Shown here: piece after piece, positions 1 to 7,375 of the stretch | Position numbering within the stretch: the first letter of the stretch is position 1 | Layout: each line of letters begins with the position of its first letter | Assembly (NCBI GenBank): GCA_964639595.1 | Contig: CAZXEC010000001.1 | Coordinates: 187,750 to 251,749 of the forward strand | DNA from: an uncultured Gammaproteobacteria bacterium | GTDB taxonomy: Bacteria > Patescibacteriota > Microgenomatia > CAZXEC01 | DNA length: 64,000 nt | Direction: 5' to 3' | The notes under the pieces: model-generated | Seen by the model: the letters and a program-made list of their open reading frames with translations, nothing else | What the model was told of the DNA's origin: nothing | The model's database searches: none | Program-made: the position numbers and the translations under genes

Positions 1-20
1 GATATAAATGGGGCATCAGT

Positions 21-971
21 ATGAAGTTTAAGAAAATTCTAATGATCGGATACTCCAGAGGTGATTTGGGGGAAGATCAAGAAAATCGCCTCGATAGGCT
101 GGGACAAGAGGTTATTAGATTACCAAAAGACAGCCAGAATCTTGCTAAACACCTTCCCGACACAGATTGCCTGCTGGTTAGGCTAGGAGCAAGTGTTGAT
201 CAAACAATGATGAATAGTGCCCCAGAGTTGAAATATATCGGTATGCTGGGGACAGGATATGGCAGGATTGATGCCAAATATGCATCCCAGAAAGGTATTG
301 TAGTTTGCAATATCGCCGGCTATAGTACCGAAGGTGTTGCGGAGCTTGTTTTTGGAGTAATTTTAGAACACCTTAGGGAGTTGGAAAGAGCTAAATCTTA
401 AGCCAGAAGAGGAGACTATTCGGAAGCCACCTTTCAAGGGCATGAGTTAAAAGATAAAAAATTTGGAGTCATCGGTTTGGGGAGGATTGGACAGAGAGTA
501 GCCAAGATTGCCCATGCTGGTTTTGAGGCCAGAGTATCTTATTGGTCCAGGAGTAGAAAAAAGAATTTAGAAAGATCAGGAGTCAGCTTTAAAAATATAG
601 ATACTCTCCTGAAAGAATGTGATGTTGTCTCCATAAACCTTGCTTATGTCCCTCAAACCAAAGGTTTTTTAACTAGTCAAAGAATCAAGTTAATTAAACC
701 GGGAGCAGTCGTAGTAAATGTTGCCCCCATGGAATTAGTGGACATTACAGCATTAGCAGCTAGACTAAAGATGAAAGATATAACTTTTATTCTTGATCAC
801 TCGGATGAATTATCTCCTGATGAAGCGAAAATGTTGGCTTTATATAAAAACTGTATAATGTATCCTCCCATAGGGTATATCACTAAAGAAGCGACCCAGA
901 CGAAGCTTAGCATGTTTGTTGATAATATAGAAAACTATCTTAAGGGTTCGCCTACGAATAAGGTCAACTAG
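21..971 (+). pseudogene. D-isomer-specific 2-hydroxyacid dehydrogenase (catalytic + NAD-binding domains) interrupted by an in-frame TAA at 399-401
   Basis: ORFs 21..401 and 477..971 share one reading frame. Translating through the TAA gives ...ELERAKS*ARRGDYSEATFQGHELKDKKFGVIGLGRIGQRVA, i.e. the catalytic-domain/NAD-domain junction with the GxGxxG Rossmann motif immediately downstream. Confidence 0.55.
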
Positions 972-1018
972 GTTAGATACAAACCTGTTACGTATAAGCT
1001 TTTGCTAAGTAGCCGCCA

Positions 1019-1489
1019 ATGGACATCAAGAATTTACGGCAGTTTTTAATTGACTCCAATCAAGCCGGGTATGCCAGCGGCCAGGAAAAGAAATGGATAA
1101 AAGAAGCTGATGGATCAACTACCATTCCCTTTGAAAAGGGTGATTGGAAATCTCATGATAATTTTTTTGGCGGCGAGCCGTATGGCGGGAGAACGATAGT
1201 ATTTTATAAAGAGAAACCGGTGTGGATTATGGTCTATTATGGTTGGGCGACAGAAGAGGTGGAAACAAATCCCATCTATCAGGTTTTGAGAAATGCCCTA
1301 ATGAAAATGCCCCAAGATCATCCTTTTAGAGGGCCTGGCAAGTATCAAGATGGAGAATATATTTATACTAATTTGTGGTCAGGAGAGTTGGAAAGGTTTT
1401 TTGGTGAAGAAAAGATTATTCAAAACGATAAGTTAGTTTACAAGGCAAATTATCTGGGCGGTTTGGTTGATCAAAGAAGGGGGATTTGA
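1019..1489 (+). CDS. hypothetical protein (conserved small soluble protein, unknown function)
   Basis: 156-aa ORF in a coding context; no motif I can assign. Confidence 0.4.
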   Translation: MDIKNLRQFLIDSNQAGYASGQEKKWIKEADGSTTIPFEKGDWKSHDNFFGGEPYGGRTIVFYKEKPVWIMVYYGWATEEVETNPIYQVLRNALMKMPQDHPFRGPGKYQDGEYIYTNLWSGELERFFGEEKIIQNDKLVYKANYLGGLVDQRRGI

Positions 1490-1683
1490 TAATGAAAGAA
1501 CCTGATCAAAACAATGAAATAATATCAAAGCACAACCGCCAGCAAAGAGAAGAGGCCCAAAAAGCAGCTCAAGTGTTTCATCCGCCGTTATTGTACAGAG
1601 ACAGACCTCGTTCCAGAAAAGAGAGAGATAAAGCATTAAACCTGCTGATCAAGAAAGTCAGAAAAAGCAGACGAAAAATATGA
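1486..1683 (+). CDS. small highly basic hypothetical protein
   Basis: 65-aa Lys/Arg-rich ORF; the ATGA overlap with the upstream gene and 4-nt overlap with the downstream gene suggest translational coupling. Confidence 0.3.
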   Translation: MIMKEPDQNNEIISKHNRQQREEAQKAAQVFHPPLLYRDRPRSRKERDKALNLLIKKVRKSRRKI

Positions 1684-2018
1684 GTGATCTGGCCAGTAAA
1701 AAATGTCTACCATGCCGAGCCGGAACGCCACCCATGACCAGAGATGAGGCAGAGAAGTTTTTGCCGCAGGTGTCTGGCTGGGAATTGGTGGAAAAAGAAA
1801 ATGGCCAGTTGAGGATCAAGAGAGTGTTCCAATTACCTGATTTTAAGCAGGCTATGGAGCTAGCTAACAAAATTGCCGATATTGCAGAGCAGCAAGATCA
1901 CCATCCGGTTTTGAATGTTTCCTACGGCAGGTTAAGGGTGGAGATAGTCAGCCATATCATCAAAGGTCTTTCAGAAAGTGATTTTATTCTGGCAGCCAAA
2001 ATTAACAAGATTGAATAA
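1680..2018 (+). CDS. phhB: pterin-4a-carbinolamine dehydratase (PCD/DCoH)
   Basis: Carries the E-x-HHP signature (AEQQDHHPVLNVSYGRLRVEI); 112 aa is the typical size. Confidence 0.7.
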   Translation: MSDLASKKCLPCRAGTPPMTRDEAEKFLPQVSGWELVEKENGQLRIKRVFQLPDFKQAMELANKIADIAEQQDHHPVLNVSYGRLRVEIVSHIIKGLSESDFILAAKINKIE

Positions 2019-2039
2019 CTTTTTTACCTTTGAGTAAAA

Positions 2040-2792
2040 TTAGTATCCACTAAACAATTCAAACCTGATTTGTTCGGCTGGTATCTGCATTGATAAAAGT
2101 AATTCTTTGAAGGCTGCGACCATTTTGGCTGGCCCACAGATATAAAATATGGTTTGGTTGAGGTTGGTAGCGTATTGTTTTATCAAATTTTCATCAATTC
2201 TGCCGACCCGGCCGCTCCAGGTCTGTTTTGACTCTTCCGGATGGGTAATGGTATGCACTACCTGCAAGCTTAAGGCAGATTCATATTCATCCAACTCTTG
2301 GGCAAAAATAATTTCTTCCGGTACAGTATTGGAATAAAGCAGAGTAATGGGCAAGTTCAGGCCAGCATCCAGGCTGTATTTGATCATGGATCTAAACGGA
2401 GTAATGCCAATGCCTCCGGCAATCATCAGGTGCTGGCCAAATTTACCGCTTTGATCCAGGGTAAACTTGCCCTGCGGCCCGGCGGCGCTCAAGATTGCCC
2501 CAGGTTCAGTTTGCAGCAGTTGCTTTTTAAACGGACTACCGGAGATTTTTGTGGTAATGGCCACTGTCTTTTCAGAAGGAGAGGTAGCAATGGTAAAAGG
2601 CCGCTTGTTGCCTCGAGGATCAACTTCTGTCAGGGCCTGTTCCCATACTAAATATTGGCCGGCATTCCAGGAGAAATCACTTTGTTCAGGATCAAAGAAA
2701 AAAGAATAAGCATTTGAAGATTCCTGTTTTTTTTGGATAAACCTAAATTGCATTCTGCAAGTATTGTATGAGATACGGCCATCAAGGTACAA
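2040..2792 (-). CDS. FAD/NAD(P)-binding oxidoreductase (ferredoxin-NADP reductase-like)
   Basis: RPFTIATSP FAD-binding motif (RxYS-type) and GGIGITPFRSM NAD-binding glycine motif; the true start may be the internal Met (MQFRF). Confidence 0.6.
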   Translation of the reverse strand: MYLDGRISYNTCRMQFRFIQKKQESSNAYSFFFDPEQSDFSWNAGQYLVWEQALTEVDPRGNKRPFTIATSPSEKTVAITTKISGSPFKKQLLQTEPGAILSAAGPQGKFTLDQSGKFGQHLMIAGGIGITPFRSMIKYSLDAGLNLPITLLYSNTVPEEIIFAQELDEYESALSLQVVHTITHPEESKQTWSGRVGRIDENLIKQYATNLNQTIFYICGPAKMVAAFKELLLSMQIPAEQIRFELFSGY

Positions 2793-2804
2793 TGGGGCAA
2801 GTTT

Positions 2805-3524
2805 ATGGTGCCTGAATTGACCGTCTATTTAGTTGATGAATTAATTTGGGAGACGCCGACTGTTTTTCGCCTCAAACTTACTTCAGAAAACGGTCGGATT
2901 TTTGACTTTTTGCCTGGCCAGTTCGCCATGCTGGGGCTGCCCTATCAAGGGCAAGTAGTCAAAAGAGCCTATTCTATTTCCAATTGGCCTGCAGCTAAAG
3001 ATTATCTGGAGTTTACAATCAGAGTAACTGGCCAGTTCAGTCAAGCATTAAGTCAGAAAAAACCAGGAGATCAAGTTTTGGTCCAAGGACCGTATGGGTT
3101 GTTTATTTTTGACAAAAATATTGTCAAAAAGGCGGTATTTTTGGCAGGCGGTGTGGGCATTGCTCCGGAAAAATCTATGATCGAATATATCAAAGACCAA
3201 AAGCTGCAAATTCCTGTTTGGCTTTTTTATGCCAATAGGTCACCGGATGAGGTTGCTTATTTTGAGGAATTAAGTCAAATGACAAAAAACTATCCTTGGT
3301 TTAAGACCATCTTGGCAGTTGATAATCCCGATGATAACTGGCAGCAAGCAGTTGGCTTCGTCAATCAAGATTTAATGGAAGAACATTTTAATAACTGGCT
3401 AGATAGTACCTTTTTTGTGTGTGGCCCACCTGCCTTCGTGGAGGCTACAACGCAGATTATTAAACAAAAGGGTGTTGATCCTAAAAATATCAAAACTGAA
3501 AGATTCGTTGGCCTTGATAAATAG
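2805..3524 (+). CDS. FAD/NAD(P)-binding oxidoreductase, paralog of the divergent neighbour
   Basis: RAYSISN and LAGGVGIAPEKSM motifs; same architecture and length as 2040..2792. Confidence 0.6.
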   Translation: MVPELTVYLVDELIWETPTVFRLKLTSENGRIFDFLPGQFAMLGLPYQGQVVKRAYSISNWPAAKDYLEFTIRVTGQFSQALSQKKPGDQVLVQGPYGLFIFDKNIVKKAVFLAGGVGIAPEKSMIEYIKDQKLQIPVWLFYANRSPDEVAYFEELSQMTKNYPWFKTILAVDNPDDNWQQAVGFVNQDLMEEHFNNWLDSTFFVCGPPAFVEATTQIIKQKGVDPKNIKTERFVGLDK

Positions 3525-3576
3525 TTGACACGAAGGTCTTGATTTTTGTTATGATTAAAGTAAGGTCATATATCCA

Positions 3577-3978
3577 ATGCAGCCCAAAATACTTTTAGTT
3601 GAAGATGATACCTCTTTATCTCAATTATATAAGGTTGAACTGGAGCTTAAAGGCTACCAAGTAATCATTGCTGCAGATGGGCAAGAGGGCCTGGATCTGG
3701 CGGCAAAAGAAAAACCTGACCTGGTCCTTTTGGATGTGATGATGCCAAAACTTAATGGGCTGGAAGCCTTAAAAAGACTTAAGGATAATCCGGAAACCGA
3801 AAGCATTCCGGTGGTGGTAATTACTAATTTCGGCCAAGAAGATATCATCAAGGGGGCGTTTGATGCCGGCGCTAGTGACTTGGTACTAAAATATCAAATA
3901 ACCCCGGCGGAATTGGCCGATAAAATTAAAACGATTATGGCACCTGTACATTATGATATACCGGAAGGAGCAGACTAG
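3577..3978 (+). CDS. single-domain response regulator (receiver only, CheY-like)
   Basis: LLVEDD...DLVLLDVMMPKLNGLEAL receiver motifs with the conserved phospho-Asp context; there is no output domain. Confidence 0.75.
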   Translation: MQPKILLVEDDTSLSQLYKVELELKGYQVIIAADGQEGLDLAAKEKPDLVLLDVMMPKLNGLEALKRLKDNPETESIPVVVITNFGQEDIIKGAFDAGASDLVLKYQITPAELADKIKTIMAPVHYDIPEGAD

Positions 3979-4385
3979 TGCCGGAAGACTTTTCAGAGTA
4001 TAAGAAGTTATTAACAGAAATTATCCAAAAACAAATCATTATCTTGGGTCCGGACGTGGCATTGGTCAAAGCTCGCAGTGTGGCCGGGCTTCAGGTTGGC
4101 AATGACGGTTCTGTCACTGGAATTTCTGGAGATCCTAAGGCAGCCCTGCAGGCGTTAATTGACGAGTACGTATCCTTGTCTGGCTTAATAGTCAAGAAAA
4201 CCATGGAGCCGTTGTTACAAAAATATCCCGGGCTAGGATCAGTCATGGTAGCAGCAGCTGGTACAACTGCAATGTCAACGCCAGAAGCGCCGGCTATTGC
4301 CGGGCAAGTACCAGCACAACCGCCAATCCAGCCAATGCCAACACCACCAAATGCCTCTGGTGCGGAAGGAGGAGACAAACAGTAA
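3978..4385 (+). CDS. hypothetical protein with Pro-rich C-terminus (signalling-operon member)
   Basis: GTG start overlapping the upstream stop; 135 aa; no recognisable domain. Confidence 0.4.
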   Translation: MPEDFSEYKKLLTEIIQKQIIILGPDVALVKARSVAGLQVGNDGSVTGISGDPKAALQALIDEYVSLSGLIVKKTMEPLLQKYPGLGSVMVAAAGTTAMSTPEAPAIAGQVPAQPPIQPMPTPPNASGAEGGDKQ

Positions 4386-4696
4386 TGGAATTAATTGTAC
4401 AAAAAATTATCGAAGTTGCGGCATTTTTGTCCGCCTTTGCCGGAATTGTGGCAGCACTGGTCATGTTTCAAGTAACCAAAAAATTCGGCACTGGGTTGGT
4501 TGCTTCCGGCTATAGGTATATTGCCTTTGGGGTACTTTTTATTGGTGTGGCTATGGTAATTGATGCAATCAGTTTAGTATTAGGTTTGCAGGGGGACTAT
4601 ATATCTTTATTTAAGGCCATACTTTTGGCAATTGGCACTTATATTATTGTTATTGGCACCAAAAACACTGCTGATCGCTTAGAAAAATTGCGTTAG
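4385..4696 (+). CDS. small integral membrane protein
   Basis: 103 aa with 2-3 hydrophobic helices; start overlaps the upstream stop (TAATG). Confidence 0.45.
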   Translation: MELIVQKIIEVAAFLSAFAGIVAALVMFQVTKKFGTGLVASGYRYIAFGVLFIGVAMVIDAISLVLGLQGDYISLFKAILLAIGTYIIVIGTKNTADRLEKLR

Positions 4697-4711
4697 TTAG
4701 TTGATATTAAC

Positions 4712-6379
4712 ATGTTCCCTGCCACGATCCTGCCTATTTTATTTGGTGTGCTGGCTCTGATTATTTTTTTCTTGATACTGATTATTTTCAAGCAAGCACA
4801 AGATAGAAAAAGATTTACTGCTGATATCTCCAGACAAATTTATCAGTTGACCATTCTCAAGGAGTTGGGTGAAAGGATAGGATATTCATTAAATGTTGAA
4901 AAAATAGTGGATATTATTATCAATTCCTTAGAAAACCTGCTTAGTTATTCTGCAGTCTCTTATTTGCTGTTTAATCCGCATTATAAACCAGGTGAATCAT
5001 TTCGGCCGGTCATTGTTAAGTTTGCCATTAAGGAATCTGTTAACCGATCTTTTGTCGATGATGTAAAAAGTCGCATGCTCAAATCAATATCTGCCTTAAC
5101 TTCCCAAGAATGGGAGCAAAATCAAGCAGAAGAACTAATATCCGGGCAAGCCATTGATGAGAAAAAAACTGACCAGGTCAGGTCTTATTTTAACATTCCG
5201 CTGGTTATCAATGAGAGATTAGTCGGACTGTTGACAGTGGCTTCAACCAAGCCGGGCCTTTACGGGCAGGAGGAAACGAATATTTTATATGCCATTATTG
5301 GTCAAGCCTCAACTGCCGTTTCTAAGTTGGAGCAAATTTTGGAGGTGGAAAAGGGTAAACTGGCCTCGACCATTGCTTCCATGTCAGATGGTGTGTTGAT
5401 GATTGATGTTTCCGGGCAGTTGGTACTTGCCAATCCTAAAGCGGCACAATTATTAAACGTTGCCGACGCTAGCACTCTGACCATTTTTGAAGTCATAAAA
5501 TCTTTTCCTCAACAAGTGAACCTGGCTCAACTAATGGGACAAATCCAAAAAAACCCTGTGCCGGTGGTAGTCAATGAAACTCAAATGGGGCAAAGGCTAG
5601 TCAGGATATATGCCAATCCGGTGAAAGATAACCAAAATAATAATATTGGGGTAGTGATTATTCTGCATGATATCACCAAAGAGAAGGAACTGGAAAAATT
5701 ACGGCAGAATTTTACTGCCATGATTGTTCATGAGTTGAGATCTCCTCTGACTGTGGTTAGGGGCACTGCTGATACAATTATGAAACATGCACAGCAACTT
5801 GACGAACCAACCAGGACTAAGTTGCTTGCAGGTATGTATGAATCAGCCTCATCAATGCTGCAGATGGTAAATGACCTGTTAGATGCTGCTAAAATTCAGG
5901 CTGGGCGCTTTGAGATCAAACTCAAGAAAGAATCTCTGATGCCCATTATTGAAGATCGAGTGGGATATTATCAAATTTTGGCAAAAGATCGCGGTTTGAC
6001 CCTGTCTGGACAAATGCCCAAAAATTTGCCCGAGTTGCCTATGGATGCAGATAGAATAAAACAAGTCTTGAATAACCTGTTGTCTAATGCTATTAAATTT
6101 ACTTCCCCCCAAGGACAGATCTTGATCTCTGCCTGGTCAGATGATAGAGCTGTTACAGTGGCTGTCAAGGATACTGGCATAGGCATAAGTAAAGAAGCCC
6201 AAAGGAAATTATTCAGCCCATTTGAGCAAGTGTCGGAAATAAAAGATGCCGCAGAGCGAGGAACAGGGCTAGGATTAACAGTCGCCAAAGGCATTATTGA
6301 AGCGCATAAAGGTAAAATTTGGGTAGAATCCCAAGAAGGTCAAGGTAGCACTTTTTATTTCAGCTTACCTTTGGCATAA
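4712..6379 (+). CDS. sensor histidine kinase (N-terminal TM, PAS-like region, HisKA H-box HELRSPLT, HATPase_c with GTGLGL)
   Basis: H-box HELRSPLT plus N, G1 (DTGIGI) and G2 (GTGLGL) boxes. Confidence 0.85.
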   Translation: MFPATILPILFGVLALIIFFLILIIFKQAQDRKRFTADISRQIYQLTILKELGERIGYSLNVEKIVDIIINSLENLLSYSAVSYLLFNPHYKPGESFRPVIVKFAIKESVNRSFVDDVKSRMLKSISALTSQEWEQNQAEELISGQAIDEKKTDQVRSYFNIPLVINERLVGLLTVASTKPGLYGQEETNILYAIIGQASTAVSKLEQILEVEKGKLASTIASMSDGVLMIDVSGQLVLANPKAAQLLNVADASTLTIFEVIKSFPQQVNLAQLMGQIQKNPVPVVVNETQMGQRLVRIYANPVKDNQNNNIGVVIILHDITKEKELEKLRQNFTAMIVHELRSPLTVVRGTADTIMKHAQQLDEPTRTKLLAGMYESASSMLQMVNDLLDAAKIQAGRFEIKLKKESLMPIIEDRVGYYQILAKDRGLTLSGQMPKNLPELPMDADRIKQVLNNLLSNAIKFTSPQGQILISAWSDDRAVTVAVKDTGIGISKEAQRKLFSPFEQVSEIKDAAERGTGLGLTVAKGIIEAHKGKIWVESQEGQGSTFYFSLPLA

Positions 6380-6388
6380 TACAAGAAT

Positions 6389-6763
6389 ATGGCAGGTCAA
6401 ACAAGCATTCTTTTAATAGAAGACGAGAAAACCATGGCAGAGTTGTATAAAACCACTTTGGAGCTGGCAGGTTTTAAGGTAACTCTGGCGATCGATGGTA
6501 AGGTAGCCTTGGCCAGAGCTCTTCATGAACCGTATGATATGATCATCTTGGATCTGATGTTGCCGCTAGTTAATGGTATGGATGTCTTGAAAGTACTAGG
6601 AGAGAAAGGCATTTTGCCAAAAACACCGGTAGTTGTTTTCACTAACCTGCCGGATGAATTAGAAGAAGCCAAAAAACTGGGAGCCAGAGAGTATTTTATC
6701 AAAGCGGAAATGACTCCTGATCAACTAGTAGAGCAAGTCAAAAAAATCCTTGCAAAACCATAA
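6389..6763 (+). CDS. single-domain response regulator (receiver only)
   Basis: ILLIEDE...DMIILDLMLPLVNGMDVL receiver motifs; no output domain. Confidence 0.75.
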   Translation: MAGQTSILLIEDEKTMAELYKTTLELAGFKVTLAIDGKVALARALHEPYDMIILDLMLPLVNGMDVLKVLGEKGILPKTPVVVFTNLPDELEEAKKLGAREYFIKAEMTPDQLVEQVKKILAKP

Positions 6764-6807
6764 GCTTTACACCCCAACCTGCTCCCGACTTAAAAATAAT
6801 TTGGGAC

Positions 6808-6848
6808 TTGACAAGTACAAGATATTGTGTGAATACTAGATGTAGTAT
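6808..6848. promoter_or_regulatory. candidate promoter (TTGACA at 6808-6813) overlapping two NrdR-box-like palindromes (ACAAGATATTGTGT 6817-6830; ATACTAGATGTAGTAT 6833-6848)
   Basis: Near-palindromes resembling the NrdR box consensus acaCwAtATaTwGtgt, sitting directly upstream of nrdR-nrdJ. Box spacing and length are atypical. Confidence 0.3.
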
Positions 6849-6853
6849 ACGAT

Positions 6854-7306
6854 ATGTTGTGTCCCTTTTGCGGCAATCAAGAAACACGGGTAGTTGATAA
6901 AAGGGAGCAAGACAACAAAACTACTAGACGCAGAAGAGAGTGTTTTGGCTGCAGCAGGCGATTCACGACTTTCGAGAGGGCAGAGACACTGGATACTTTA
7001 GTGATAAAAAAGGACAACCATAGAGAGGCGTTTGATCGGTTAAAAATAAGAAACGGTATTGTAAAGGCTTGTGAGAAGCGCCCGGTGAGCGCAGATCAGA
7101 TCGAAGCAATGGTTGATACGGTTGAGAGAGAGGTCAGGGCCCTGTCGGCCAGAGAGATATCTTCCAAGAAAATTGGGGAATTGGTAATGAGGGTCTTGCG
7201 CAAGGTTGATAAAGTGGCGTATATTCGGTTTGCGTCAGTTTACCGGGAATTTACAGACCTGGCTGATTTCCAAAAAGAAGTTGCCAAACTGATCAACAAA
7301 AAGTAG
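6854..7306 (+). CDS. nrdR: transcriptional repressor NrdR (zinc ribbon + ATP-cone)
   Basis: N-terminal CPFCG...CFGCSRRF zinc ribbon followed by an ATP-cone; 150 aa. Confidence 0.9.
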   Translation: MLCPFCGNQETRVVDKREQDNKTTRRRRECFGCSRRFTTFERAETLDTLVIKKDNHREAFDRLKIRNGIVKACEKRPVSADQIEAMVDTVEREVRALSAREISSKKIGELVMRVLRKVDKVAYIRFASVYREFTDLADFQKEVAKLINKK

Positions 7307-7375
7307 AATCGTCGAGGCGTTTTCTTTTAATAATTAAACAGATCATCCAACCAAAATTATTAAATTTAAAAATTT

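Noticed and set aside
3527-3537. Shared 11-mer TTGACACGAAG upstream of the receiver gene (3527) and upstream of lon (12857)
   Set aside because: About 500 chance 11-mer coincidences are expected in 64 kb, so this is not significant by itself. It probably just reflects TTGACA -35 boxes.
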